From an uncultured Gemmatimonadales bacterium (GTDB lineage Bacteria > Gemmatimonadota > Gemmatimonadetes > Gemmatimonadales > Gemmatimonadaceae), in the NCBI GenBank assembly GCA_963850905.1, contig CAWKMU010000003.1, forward strand, positions 1,312,001 to 1,376,000: a stretch of 64,000 bases of DNA. The letters are read 5' to 3'. The first letter of the stretch is position 1, and every line of letters starts with the position of its first letter. Of this stretch, positions 10,048 to 20,038 are shown piece after piece. Both the position numbers and the translations under genes were made by a program. Under the pieces are notes generated by a model. The model was not told the origin of the DNA and searched no databases. It saw only the letters and a list, made by a program, of their open reading frames with translations.

Positions 10048-11337
10048 TCAGGTGCCGTCTCCTTTCTCCTTTCCGGGCTTCTCCTCCCTCGGACGCGACG
10101 CGTCCGTGGCCTCGGACCCCGCCGCTTGGATCTCGGCCAGGAGCCCGCTGCCCAGCTCTCCAATCTGCCAAGCCCGAAGTCCAGGCACTTCCCGCAGCTC
10201 CTCGAGTGACCGGGGCTTGCGGCGCGCGATGGCCTCCAGCCGTTCGCGCGAGCACAGCAGGCCGGGATCGAGATCGAGGCGCGCGGCCGCCTCATCGCGC
10301 ACGCGCTTGAGACGCGCGACCCGCTCGTCCAGGTCCGGGTCCCGGTCCCACCGTGCGGCGCGCGGGAAGCGGGGCAACTGAGCATCAGGCACTCGCACGC
10401 CGCGCTGCACCGCTGCGAGGACCTCGGCGCCCCGCGACTCCACGATCCCGCGCGGCATGCCGCGGATGGCGGCGAGCGATTCGCGCGTCGCGGATGCCTG
10501 GCGCGCCACCTCGAGCAGCGTCTCATTCCCGACGACGCGGAACGTGGCACGGTCCACCGCTGCGGCGACGCCGTCTCGCCAGCGCACCAGCTCGCGGAGA
10601 ATCGCGAGCTCTCGTCGGGAGAGATCACGCGCACCTTTCAGTCGGAGAAACGCGTCTGCTGGATCGTCGACTGGCCATTGTGTGCCTTCCAGCCGTTGGA
10701 ACTCCTCGCGCGCCCATTCGAGGCGCCCCCGGTCGCGGAGCTCCGCCGCCAGCCGGTCGCGCAGGTCGAGCAGATAGCGCGTGTCCTGTGCTGCGTAATC
10801 GAGCATCCCGGGTGTGAGCGGCCGCATCGACCAATCGGCGCGCTGGTGTTTCTTATCGAGACGAACCCCGAAGTAGCGCTCGAGCAGCGCCGCCAACCCG
10901 AAGGCCCGGAGCCCCAACAGCTGAGCGGCAATCCGCGTATCGAAAATATTGGTTACACGCCACGCATAGTCCTGATGGAGCAAGCGGAGATCATAGTCCG
11001 CATCATGGAACACGACTTCCACCGCCCGATTCTCGAGCAGACCGCCGAGGCCTCCCAGGGGACCCGCGGCGAGTGGATCGATGATCGCGCTCCCCGCCGC
11101 AGTGGTTATCTGCAGCAGGTATATACGGTCGACGAAACGGTGAAAGCTTGCTCCTTCGGTGTCGAGTGCCAACCGAGGAACCTCGACGATCTGCTCCAGG
11201 AATTGCCGAGCAGCGCCGGGCGTATCAATGTACGCTAGAGGCAGATCGTCTCCGCTCACCTGGCGGCCATCCGGCGCACGTGCGCCGGAATCCGCGAGGC
11301 GGGCGGCGGAAGGTGAGCGTGGAGATGGCGGAGTCAC
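10048..11337 (-). CDS. rnd: Ribonuclease D (DEDDy exonuclease plus HRDC domains)
   Basis: ALDTE, FHDADYD, FDT, ADWSMRPL and YAAQD motifs. True start may be GTG 11259. Confidence 0.93.
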   Translation of the reverse strand: MTPPSPRSPSAARLADSGARAPDGRQVSGDDLPLAYIDTPGAARQFLEQIVEVPRLALDTEGASFHRFVDRIYLLQITTAAGSAIIDPLAAGPLGGLGGLLENRAVEVVFHDADYDLRLLHQDYAWRVTNIFDTRIAAQLLGLRAFGLAALLERYFGVRLDKKHQRADWSMRPLTPGMLDYAAQDTRYLLDLRDRLAAELRDRGRLEWAREEFQRLEGTQWPVDDPADAFLRLKGARDLSRRELAILRELVRWRDGVAAAVDRATFRVVGNETLLEVARQASATRESLAAIRGMPRGIVESRGAEVLAAVQRGVRVPDAQLPRFPRAARWDRDPDLDERVARLKRVRDEAAARLDLDPGLLCSRERLEAIARRKPRSLEELREVPGLRAWQIGELGSGLLAEIQAAGSEATDASRPREEKPGKEKGDGT

Positions 11338-11384
11338 CGGGTGTGCAATCTAAGGGGAAGGCAGGCGACCAAGCGTTGACTGGC

Positions 11385-12506
11385 GTGCCTCGCGTCGCGG
11401 AGCCGAGTGCTCCGGGCCTCCCAGGGCCGGCGGCTCAGCTGCCGCTCTATGATCACTTCCCGGCGCTCGCGGCGCTTCCGCGGGTGGCGCTCGGCAGCTA
11501 CCCGTCGCCAATCGAGCGCGTTGAGCTGGCCGGCATTGGAGCGTTGTGGCTCAAGCGAGACGACCAGAACGCGCCGGTCGCGGCCGGCAACAAGGTGCGT
11601 GCGCTGGAATTCCTCCTGGGGCGAGTGCGACCGGGCGATACGGTCCTTACAGCCGGAGGCGATGGCTCGACACACGTCTACGCCACTGCGGTGCACGCCG
11701 CCCGCCTCGGGGCGCGAACCGTGGCCATACGGTGGCGGCACGACATGCACCCCGAAGCCCGGGATGTGGCTGCCGCCGCGGCGGCGCACTGCGCAGCGAT
11801 CCAATCGGATCGCTGGCCGGCCCTAGCTATCCTGCGCATCGGGCTGTGGCGAGCCGGGATGAGGGCCGGGCTCGGGGCGCCGGACCAGGGGGTGAGCGGA
11901 CGCCGACTGTACGTTCCGATCGGTGGCAGCTCGCCGCTGGGGGTGCTTGGTCACGTCAGCGCCGGCCTCGAGCTTGCCGAGCAAATTGCCGCGGGCCAGG
12001 CGCCGGAGCCCACCCATGTAGTCGTCCCGCTCGGTAGCGGCGGAACCGCCGCGGGGCTGGCCATCGGCTTCGGGATCGCGGGGATGCGCACCGTCGTGGT
12101 CGCGGCGCGAGTCGCGCCGCGCACCGTCGCCAACATCACCCGAATCCGTGCCTTGATCCGCCGGACGCTGGGGTTCCTGCGTGCCTACGCGGAGGTCCCG
12201 TCGCGTCGATTTGACGTCGCCCCCGTCGTCGTGGACCACACCGCTTTCGGGGGGGCATACGGCCGCCCTCTAGCGGCGGGGGCACGCGCGGCGACACTCT
12301 TTCGCGCGCTCTACGACTCCAATGATTCACACGCGACTCCACCCGTGCTCGATGCGACCTACTCCGCCAAAGCGGCCGCCGTCGCCGTGGCGATGGCTGA
12401 ACGCGGCCCAGGGGCGACGTGCATCATGCTCTGGACGACCTTCGACGGGCGGGTCGTTGGATCGCACACCCTGACGTCGGGCGCATGCAATCGCGAGCCA
12501 CTGTGA
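11385..12506 (+). CDS. PLP-dependent D-cysteine desulfhydrase/ACC deaminase family enzyme
   Basis: LWLKRDD...GNKVRALEFLL, PLGSGGTAAGL and LDATYSAK motifs. Start uncertain. Confidence 0.85.
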   Translation: MPRVAEPSAPGLPGPAAQLPLYDHFPALAALPRVALGSYPSPIERVELAGIGALWLKRDDQNAPVAAGNKVRALEFLLGRVRPGDTVLTAGGDGSTHVYATAVHAARLGARTVAIRWRHDMHPEARDVAAAAAAHCAAIQSDRWPALAILRIGLWRAGMRAGLGAPDQGVSGRRLYVPIGGSSPLGVLGHVSAGLELAEQIAAGQAPEPTHVVVPLGSGGTAAGLAIGFGIAGMRTVVVAARVAPRTVANITRIRALIRRTLGFLRAYAEVPSRRFDVAPVVVDHTAFGGAYGRPLAAGARAATLFRALYDSNDSHATPPVLDATYSAKAAAVAVAMAERGPGATCIMLWTTFDGRVVGSHTLTSGACNREPL

Positions 12507-13297
12507 TCACCCTACCCACGTCGATCGGCATGGCTTACGACGACGTTGGCACGGGGCCGGCGGTCGTCTTTCTCCACGGCTTTCCGCACGACCGCTCGTT
12601 GTGGGCCGCACAGGTCAGCGCGTTTGCCGACCGCGCGCGGTGTGTCGCGCCCGATCTCCGCGGATTTGGCGGCTCGACCGCCGCATCACCGTGCTCGATG
12701 GAGCAGTACGCCGACGACGTTGCCGCTCTCCTCGATGCACTGTCTATCCCCGATGCGGTCCTCGTCGGGCTGTCGATGGGCGGCTATGTCGCCTTCTCGT
12801 TCTGGCGTCGGCATCGCTCGCGGGTACGGGCGCTCGTCCTGGCTCATACGCGCGCGACGGCCGACAGCGAGGAGATGCGCGCGCGGCGGCGGCGACTGGT
12901 GGCGGTGGCTCGGAGTGAGGGCAGTCGAGCGGTGGCCGATCTCCAAATCGCCGCCATGCTAGGGGCGACAACGCGCTCACGTAACCCGGCACTAGTCACG
13001 GCCACCCACCGGATGCTAGCGTTGGCACCCGTAGCGGGCATCGTTGGTGCATTGGAGGCGATGATGAACCGGTCGGATTCCTTGGACTTGCTGTCGACCA
13101 TCGATGTGCCGACTCTCATCATTGCCGGAGATGAGGATACGGTTATTCCCGCGTCGGAGGCGCGGGTGATGCACGAGGCAATTGCGGGAAGTCAGTTCGA
13201 GGTGCTTACTGGTGCGGGCCACCTCAGTAACATCGAGCGCCCAGCCGCATTCAACCACGTAACAGGTGAATTCCTGTTTCAGGCAGTCAACGCATGA
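12503..13297 (+). CDS. Alpha/beta hydrolase (3-oxoadipate enol-lactonase-like)
   Basis: HGFP, GLSMGG, GDED and AGHLSNIE motifs. GTGA overlap with upstream stop. Confidence 0.9.
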   Translation: MITLPTSIGMAYDDVGTGPAVVFLHGFPHDRSLWAAQVSAFADRARCVAPDLRGFGGSTAASPCSMEQYADDVAALLDALSIPDAVLVGLSMGGYVAFSFWRRHRSRVRALVLAHTRATADSEEMRARRRRLVAVARSEGSRAVADLQIAAMLGATTRSRNPALVTATHRMLALAPVAGIVGALEAMMNRSDSLDLLSTIDVPTLIIAGDEDTVIPASEARVMHEAIAGSQFEVLTGAGHLSNIERPAAFNHVTGEFLFQAVNA

Positions 13298-13570
13298 CCA
13301 TCGAGTACACTCGCCGCAGCGGGCATGACTGTGATTCGTGATCTCGGAGTAGATGGTGCCGGCGGCGTCGGCCGGAATCTGATGCGTGCCGGCGCTCGGG
13401 ACCGATACCATCTCGCTCGTATCGGGATGGAGGAGCAGACGGCGCTCGCCGAGGGCGAGGCCGCATTGGACGGGCGCCGACTGCATGTTGCTGTGCCAGG
13501 AGGCGCTCGTCTGGTGCGCGCCGCTGCGCGGTCGGCGGGTGCGATCTCCCGCGCAGGCCTGCCGGTCCCG

Positions 13571-14191
13571 ATGGCTCCGACGGCGCAGGGGCTCAGTCAG
13601 TCCGAGTGTGCGCGCCCGGCGGTCATCGGAGGCTGGCTGTTCCGGCATCGCGGTCTGCTGCCCATCCCCCTTGGGGTGCTCGCGGCGTGCGTGCCGGGGA
13701 ACATGACCGTTCGCGCGTGGATTTTGGGACTGACCGTCATCGCGTTTGGCGAAGTGGTGCGTCTCGCGGGCGTCGCGGTCGCCGGGCCCGAGACGCGTCG
13801 ACGATCGCGAACGGTCGGTCACCTCGTGACTGAGGGGCCGTTCGCGTGGGTGCGGAATCCTCTCTATGTGGGCAACGCGCTCACGTGGGCCGGCGTCGCC
13901 ATTGCTTCGGGCGTTCCATGGCTGCTGCCCCTCGCCACGACGACGTTCGCGATCGAGTACGGTCTCATTGTGCGTTACGAGGAAGCGGTGCTCGAATCGT
14001 TGTTTGGCGAAGCGTACCTGTCGTACAAAGGCCGTACAGCACGATGGATTCCGCGGCGGCCTGTGCCAGGTCCACGCCGGGTCGGTCGCGGGTATGACTG
14101 GGCCCGGGCGTGGCGCTCTGAGTCCAGCACGTTCGTGAGTCTCGGCGGGGCGATTGCGGTCCTAGTGGTGAAAGCGCTGTTGACGGGCTAG
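13571..14191 (+). CDS. Isoprenylcysteine carboxyl methyltransferase/PEMT family membrane protein
   Basis: LVTEGPFAWVRNPLYVG and EE..L...FGEAY..Y motifs. Start uncertain (ORF open from 13325). Confidence 0.88.
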   Translation: MAPTAQGLSQSECARPAVIGGWLFRHRGLLPIPLGVLAACVPGNMTVRAWILGLTVIAFGEVVRLAGVAVAGPETRRRSRTVGHLVTEGPFAWVRNPLYVGNALTWAGVAIASGVPWLLPLATTTFAIEYGLIVRYEEAVLESLFGEAYLSYKGRTARWIPRRPVPGPRRVGRGYDWARAWRSESSTFVSLGGAIAVLVVKALLTG

Positions 14192-14280
14192 ACGCTAGAT
14201 GCTAGACGCGGGAGACAAACTCGAGGGCCAGCTCGCAACCCATCGCTGGCCCTCAGGTTTTCCAGCGTCCAGCGTCTAGA
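14187..14280. repeat. Heptamer-armed palindromic element, copy 3
   Basis: (CTAGACG)n left arm, GAGGGCCAGC...GCTGGCCCTC core, (CCAGCGT)n right arm. Both convergent TAG stops (14189-14191, 14276-14278) lie in the arm ends. Confidence 0.8.
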
Positions 14281-14665
14281 TCCCCATGTACGCTCGGACG
14301 CGCGGCTCGATACGGTCGGGAGACCAGAACGGCGTCCACACGAGATTGATCGTGGCCTCGGTGACGCCGGGCATCTCCCGGATTTGGCGTTCGACGTCGC
14401 TCATGATCTCGGGGCCTGACGGACACCCGGGCGACGTCAGGCTCATATCCACGGTCACCGTTGAGCCCGTGACGGCGACGTCGTAGATCAACCCCAGGTC
14501 GACGACGTTCAGGTTGAGCTCTGGGTCCTTCACTCGCCGCAGCACCATGCGGACCTGGTCCTGCGTGACGACGTCCTCCAATGCCGGCGCGTCTGTGGAC
14601 GCGGCACCCTCAGCTGGCTGGTTCGCGACGGCCGGCGGCGACTGCGGTTGCGACGTATCGGTCAT
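14276..14665 (-). CDS. Metal-sulfur cluster assembly factor (DUF59/SufT-like)
   Basis: DPELNLNVVDLGLIY, LTSPGCP and VWTPFW motifs. Confidence 0.9.
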   Translation of the reverse strand: MTDTSQPQSPPAVANQPAEGAASTDAPALEDVVTQDQVRMVLRRVKDPELNLNVVDLGLIYDVAVTGSTVTVDMSLTSPGCPSGPEIMSDVERQIREMPGVTEATINLVWTPFWSPDRIEPRVRAYMGI

Positions 14666-14728
14666 GACGTTCACTCCGCTCGATGCAGATCGCGAAACAT
14701 AATCGCGACCCGGGCGCGACAGCGCCCG

Positions 14729-15640
14729 TTACCACTGTAGGATCACGTGGCGCAAATGGTGTTGGCGCTCGACCTCGAGCGTGATGCTGTTTCGGTCGTG
14801 CATGGTGCGTTCGACGATGTGAACGAGCTGCTGCGGCGTCGTCACGGCGTCGCCGCCGGCGTTCACGATCACGTCTCCTGCGCGCAGCGACGATTCCGCC
14901 GCCGGCGTATCCGGATCGACCACCACGACGAGGAGGCCACTTCGTACCCCGAGGGCCTGCCGGAGGTCGGAGGTCACTTCCACGACCTGAGCGCCGCCAA
15001 AGGACCCTACCCGAGCATCACCGGGCACGCTCGGTCCGATCAGCGCCCACCAGGGGACGGCGCGGGGTCGCGACCCCACGGTGAGCCGCGGAGCATTGCT
15101 CAACGCCGGTGTTGATGGTGCGCCCGGGGCCTCCATCGACGACGCCAGCGGCGGAGCCGGCAGCATTGAGGACTGCGGCGATACGACCGACACGTCGACA
15201 AAGTCTCGCGGGCGCCGCGCGATGTCGACCGTCACATCGCGTAGCTGGCCGTTTCGGCGCATGGTGATGGCCAGCCGGGTGTTGGGCAGCAGGAGCTTGT
15301 TGAGCACGATGACGTGGTTCCGGACGTCGCGGCCGCCGTACGCCACGATCGTATCGCCAGCCTGGATCCCGGCTTTCGCGGCCGGCGATTCCGGCTCGAC
15401 GGACGCGACGGCGGGGTACTCGTAGTGGGTGACGGCCAGGCCGTCGGCGTTCCAGCGGCTCTTGAGCCGACAGGTGAAGGTGATGCCGAGGTAGCCGGAG
15501 GGGAGCTCGTGTCGCCCACTCGTCACGTCGGGGGCGGTGTCGGCGGGGGTCGCCCGGTCCTCCTGCGCGCGGATCGCCGACGGCCCCCAGCTAGCGAGGC
15601 TGGCGACCGCGATCCATGTGAGCGTCCCTTCTCTCAGCAC
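14729..15640 (-). CDS. Exported PDZ-domain protein (two PDZ domains)
   Basis: GYLGI...VEPESPAAKAGIQAGDTI and VDPDTPAAESSLRAGDVI. Start approximate. Confidence 0.8.
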   Translation of the reverse strand: MLREGTLTWIAVASLASWGPSAIRAQEDRATPADTAPDVTSGRHELPSGYLGITFTCRLKSRWNADGLAVTHYEYPAVASVEPESPAAKAGIQAGDTIVAYGGRDVRNHVIVLNKLLLPNTRLAITMRRNGQLRDVTVDIARRPRDFVDVSVVSPQSSMLPAPPLASSMEAPGAPSTPALSNAPRLTVGSRPRAVPWWALIGPSVPGDARVGSFGGAQVVEVTSDLRQALGVRSGLLVVVVDPDTPAAESSLRAGDVIVNAGGDAVTTPQQLVHIVERTMHDRNSITLEVERQHHLRHVILQW

Positions 15641-15648
15641 GACAAGAC

Positions 15649-16452
15649 TCAGTAACGGTGAGGGTTCTGCTCGGCCGGTTGTACCTGTCCGAGTTGTCGG
15701 ATTGTGGCTTGGCGTGCCCCGATCGTCGAGATGTACCACTGATTGAGCACGGGATCATTGGGGGCGGCGGCTAGGGCGGCCTGCGTGGCGCGCTCAATCT
15801 GGTCGAGGGCGGCGAGTCGAGTCCGGAAGCCATCGGGCCCTTCGCTCAACGCGCCGCTGTCGCTTTGCATGAGGTACGCGACCGCATGCCGGTACCGGGT
15901 CTCCGCCTGGGCCAAGGCGTCGAGGGCCTCACCGCGTGAGTTGAACGCTACGCTGTCGCTAATTAGACGCTGTCGTGGCGTTATGGTGGCTTCATTTTGT
16001 GCCAGAGTGGCAACTCCGTGAGCGGTGTGGATGGCGATGTCAGCAGGCAACTGGGGCTCGCGCGCTGCTGTGAGCCGGCCGATCATCAAGCCAGCGGCCA
16101 GCAGTACCGTTGCGGCGGCGGCCTGCCCCCAGGGACCCAGGTGAGGCCAGCGGCCACGCGTCGCGTGGACCGGGCGAGACGCGGGCGCAGCCGGCCCGTC
16201 CAACAGGTGCTCGCGCGCCAGGGCTTTGGAGAGCGCGGCCCAGTCGAGCAGTGGCTCGTCCAAGCGGTCGCGCTCGCCCCGAGTGAGGGTGAGAAGCGCT
16301 TGATAGGCGTCCACCTCCTCTGCGCAGAGTGCACAGGAGGCGAGATGGCGCGCTTCGGCGGGCGATGGCGATTCATCCGCGAGCGCGGCAAGGCGTTCGG
16401 GGGGTACGTGGTCGCCATCTGGCATCGCCGGACCGACAAGCGTCCTATCCAT
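15649..16452 (-). CDS. Membrane-anchored ZAS-type anti-sigma factor
   Basis: HLASCALC (HxxxCxxC), one hydrophobic helix, directly downstream of an ECF sigma. Confidence 0.75.
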   Translation of the reverse strand: MDRTLVGPAMPDGDHVPPERLAALADESPSPAEARHLASCALCAEEVDAYQALLTLTRGERDRLDEPLLDWAALSKALAREHLLDGPAAPASRPVHATRGRWPHLGPWGQAAAATVLLAAGLMIGRLTAAREPQLPADIAIHTAHGVATLAQNEATITPRQRLISDSVAFNSRGEALDALAQAETRYRHAVAYLMQSDSGALSEGPDGFRTRLAALDQIERATQAALAAAPNDPVLNQWYISTIGARQATIRQLGQVQPAEQNPHRY

Positions 16453-16471
16453 GTGTGCACTCCATTGCTGC

Positions 16472-17161
16472 TTATTGGCTCGCGCCTTTCCAGGACCGAA
16501 GCGCGCCCGTTGGTTGAGTGGGGCGAGCGCCCACCTCGAGCTTGCGGGACTCTGAGCGCGGGCGGCCCGACACGTGGTCCGTCAGCGCGTGCCCGCCATC
16601 GCTGCCGTCGACGGGATCGGCGCCGTCGCGCGGACCGGCAAGATGGGCCAGCATCCGCCGCATCCTTACACGTGCCTTGAAGAGCTGGGACTTCGATCCG
16701 CCCGCGGTAATGCCCAGCGCTGCGGCGATCTCCTCATGTGTATAGCCCTCGATGTCGTGCAGCACGAACACTGCGCGCGCACCCGGCGCGAGACGAGCCG
16801 CCGCCTCTCTGATCGAGGCCCGCACGAAGGGTTGCTCATCGTCCGGCGATGTCGTCGCGCTGTTTTCTTCGATCGGAATTTCCATGAGCTGCACCCGTCT
16901 TGACCGGCGAAGCGCGTTCAGCGTGCGATTGACCGCGATCCGGTGGATCCACGTGCCAAACTGGGCGTCACCGCGGAATCCGGGCAGGGCGCGGAAAATC
17001 TGTATCCAGACCTCCTGTGCGACGTCGGCGGCGTCGTCCGGATCGCCAACGAGGCGTCGGATGACTGCGTCCACGCGCGGCGCGTACTGCGACCAGAGTG
17101 CTCGCAGTGCCCGCTCGTCCCCTTCAATTGCGCGCCGAACTAGCAATGCGTCTGTCGCCAT
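16472..17161 (-). CDS. ECF (sigma-70 family) RNA polymerase sigma factor
   Basis: DAADVAQEVW, FRGDAQFGTWIHRIAVN and LHDIEGYTHEEIA...SKSQLFKAR. Confidence 0.93.
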   Translation of the reverse strand: MATDALLVRRAIEGDERALRALWSQYAPRVDAVIRRLVGDPDDAADVAQEVWIQIFRALPGFRGDAQFGTWIHRIAVNRTLNALRRSRRVQLMEIPIEENSATTSPDDEQPFVRASIREAAARLAPGARAVFVLHDIEGYTHEEIAAALGITAGGSKSQLFKARVRMRRMLAHLAGPRDGADPVDGSDGGHALTDHVSGRPRSESRKLEVGARPTQPTGALRSWKGASQ

Positions 17162-17176
17162 GCCGACAGCTTTTGT

Positions 17177-17203
17177 GACACTAAAGGGGACGGACAGGGT
17201 TGC
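17177..17203 (-). promoter_or_regulatory. Putative ECF autoregulatory promoter GCAAC-N19-GTC
   Basis: Minus strand reads GCAAC cctgtccgtcccctttagt GTC, 15 nt upstream of the sigma ATG. Confidence 0.5.
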
Positions 17204-17418
17204 CGGATAGGCCCTTTTTCGTCTTGACTTAAGGTAGTTGAAATGTGTATACATGGCCGGAGCGGCTAAATCGGCACGCGACCGGCACTTCGGTCGTTGA
17301 CCGGCCTTAGCACGCGTCCTGCAGAGTTTGGTGCGGTAGGGGCCTCTAGGCTGCTGCCGCGTGCTCGTTGTGCCTCGGTGTGGCTGTGGGCGTCCCATAG
17401 ACCTGGTAGGTACGAACG

Positions 17419-18730
17419 GTGCTTGCACTTCTCGCCGCCCTCGTCGCTGGTGTTGCGGGTTCTTCCGGCCTGCCGGTCAAGTCGCCGGCATCGGTCGGAA
17501 TGTCCGCGCATCGCCTGGACGCCATTTATCGGGTCGTCCAGCGGGGGATCGCTGCTGGCGGTTATCCGGGCGCGGCGGTCGTTGTCGGACGAAAGGGCGC
17601 GGTCGTGTGGGAGCATGGCTTTGGTCGCCTGAGTTGGAGCGCGTCGAGCCAACACGTCTCTCCCGACGCTACGATTTACGACCTCGCATCGCTGACGAAA
17701 GTCGTCGGCACGACCACGGCGATCATGGTGCTCTACGACCAGGGTCGGATCATGCTGGACGCGCCAGTGGTCTCCTACCTGCCGGCGTTCACCGGAGGCT
17801 ACAAGGACTCCGTGACGGTCCGCCAGCTGCTGGAGCACCGATCAGGGCTGCCGCCGGGGCGCGATCTCTGGCGGTTGGCCACCACGCCGGACGAGGCACG
17901 GCGGTACGTCCTCGACACGCCGCTCGAGTGCAAGCCCGGTGACTGCTACATCTATTCCGACCTGGGTGCTGACGTCCTCGGCATGATCGTCGAGGCGGTG
18001 TCGGGCGAGCGGCTCGATGTGTTCCTCGATGAGCACGTGTTCGGACCGCTGGGGATGACGGACACGTACTTCCGACCCGCGGACTCGCTCAAGACTCGTG
18101 TGGCGCCGACCGAGCTGACGCCGCCGCGCGGATATCCGTTGCAGGGTGAGGTGCAGGACGAGAACGCGTACGCGCTGGGCGGCATTGCGGGGCATGCGGG
18201 ATTGTTCAGCACGGCGGCCGATCTCGCTGTGTTCGCTCAGATGATGCTCAATGGCGGGGAGTACAACGGCACGCGCATCGTGAGCGACTCGACGATCGCG
18301 ACCTTCACGCGCCGAGCTGCCGGCACGCGCGCGCTGGGCTGGGATACGTGTGATGGCGGCGGGGACGGCAGCTGCGGACGTTTCCTCAGCGAGCGGGCGT
18401 ACGGCCATACCGGATTCACCGGGACGTCGCTCTGGATCGACCCGGATCGACAGAATGTTCGTCGTCCTCTTGACCAACCGCGTCTACGCCGCGCGCGCTC
18501 GACGGCCCGCCAAGGTAATCGCCGACGTGCGCGCGGATCTGGCTGATGCGTCCGCCGTGGCGGTGACCGACGAACCAGCGTACGCGCTGGCCATGCCGGC
18601 CCGCTTCCGCGCCGACCGTGAGCTGGGATGGAATCGGCCCATTCGCGTGCACCACTCGCGGCGAAGCCGCGCGGCACATAGGGCGCGGAAGAAGCACGTG
18701 GTAGCGAAACCGAAAACGGCGGATAGCTAA
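17419..18730 (+). CDS. Serine hydrolase (beta-lactamase class C-like), frameshifted at ~18454
   Basis: ASLTK, YSD and GHTGFTGT motifs. DPDRQ continues as MFVVLLTNRV after removing one extra A. Confidence 0.9.
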
Positions 18731-18861
18731 GGGCGGGGTTTGGGGTTTGGGGTCTGGGGTACCTGCAACAAACGACGAGGGCCAGTCGCCGTTCGGCATG
18801 ACTGGCCCTACTCGTTTGTTGCAGGTACCCCAGACCCCAAACCCCAAACCCCGCCCTTAGC
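18726..18861. repeat. Heptamer-armed palindromic element, copy 4 (GGGGTTT arms; perfect 50-bp inverted repeat)
   Basis: 18726-18775 is the exact reverse complement of 18812-18861. Inner AGGGCCAGTC...GACTGGCCCT core. Confidence 0.95.
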
Positions 18862-19729
18862 CCCCCGCCATGGCCTCCTTCACACTCCCCGGGGGCAGCG
18901 CATAGATCAATCGCATCGTTGCCTTGTCAGCTTCGGACAGGTCGCGAACGCGCACACGCGGCGTCATGATGTTCGTGGTGTCGGCGCAATGGTCGAGACC
19001 GAGCAGGTGTCCGACTTCGTGCAGGGCGATCGCCCGAACGGCGGACGCATCGAGGGGTTCGCCATGATTGTGGTGCAGCGCGATGGTAATGTTGGCATCG
19101 ACGATCCACCAATTGTCATCGCGCGCCCACATCGTCTTCCCGCTGATCTGTTCGTCGAAGTGGTCCACCCAGGTCACGTGCACGTCCCCCTGGGACGAGT
19201 CGGTCACGAAGGTGAACGGCACCGGCGCGCCGGCACTGACCCACGTCGTGAACGCGTCTCGCACCTGCCCCACGTAGGCGGGATTCCAATCGGCCAGCTT
19301 GTCGGCAGTCTGCACCCACACGCGCAGCGGGCGCGTCGACAGGCGGTCCGGCCAGCGCGCAATGTTCGAATCGCGCTCGGCGAGGATGTCACCGATATAG
19401 GTGCCCGCTTGGTTCTCGATCAACCGGCGGCGAATCTCGCCAAGATCGCGAATTGGCGCCGGCTCGCGCGACGCTCTGACGTCGGCTCCTGCGACCCCGC
19501 CATCGGCGACGCCGCTCGGAACGACCGCCGCGAAGGCCGGCCGCGACGGAGCCGGGGCAGGAGGCGCAGCATGAGGGGAGGCTGCGGGGACGATCGGGGC
19601 GGTGGCGAGCGATGTGGCGCTCAGCATGGACTGACCAGCTGCTGCTGCGCGAACATCACGCGCTTGGACCGCGATCCACCCGCCAATGCCAACGAGTGGA
19701 GCCAGGAGGAAGAGCTCAGGGCGACGCAT
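18857..19729 (-). CDS. Matrixin (M10) family zinc metalloprotease
   Basis: HEVGHLLGLDH plus Met-turn NIMTP; N-terminal hydrophobic segment. Confidence 0.9.
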   Translation of the reverse strand: MRRPELFLLAPLVGIGGWIAVQARDVRAAAAGQSMLSATSLATAPIVPAASPHAAPPAPAPSRPAFAAVVPSGVADGGVAGADVRASREPAPIRDLGEIRRRLIENQAGTYIGDILAERDSNIARWPDRLSTRPLRVWVQTADKLADWNPAYVGQVRDAFTTWVSAGAPVPFTFVTDSSQGDVHVTWVDHFDEQISGKTMWARDDNWWIVDANITIALHHNHGEPLDASAVRAIALHEVGHLLGLDHCADTTNIMTPRVRVRDLSEADKATMRLIYALPPGSVKEAMAGG

Positions 19730-19780
19730 CTGAGCCCGGACGAGCAGGCGTGCATCCAGGTCACGCTATACTTTGTCCCG

Positions 19781-20038
19781 GTGTCGTGGGCTCGTCTCTG
19801 CGCGACTCTAGCGCTCCGTGCGGCGCTGCGCCCTGTCCTCGCGGCCGACCTTCTGCGAGTCGCGTGGCGGTTTCGTCGTCGCGCATGGTACCGTCAGCCG
19901 CCGTTTCTTCCGGTGCCGTCAGCAGCGTACGTTCGGTGGCGCATGTACACGGCCTACGGTGATGAGCATGCGGTGCCGCCACGTGTGGATGTCGAGCGCT
20001 ACGCCCAATGGGCAACGGGCGCGAAAACGCGCCCGTAG
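19781..20038 (+). CDS. Small hypothetical protein
   Basis: GTG-start 85-aa tail of ORF 18740..20038 (WYRQPPFLPVP..YVRWRMYTAYG) fits the gap between genes. Confidence 0.6.
   Translation: MSWARLCATLALRAALRPVLAADLLRVAWRFRRRAWYRQPPFLPVPSAAYVRWRMYTAYGDEHAVPPRVDVERYAQWATGAKTRP

Noticed and set aside
12503..13297. Hydrolase as the missing BioH for the bio operon
   Set aside because: About 19 kb from the bio genes, coupled to another gene, and shows only generic family motifs.
18416..20038. Two opposite-strand ORFs both starting MGFGVWGTCNKR
   Set aside because: Artefact of the perfect inverted repeat at 18726-18861. Only the last 85 codons of the plus-strand ORF look coding.
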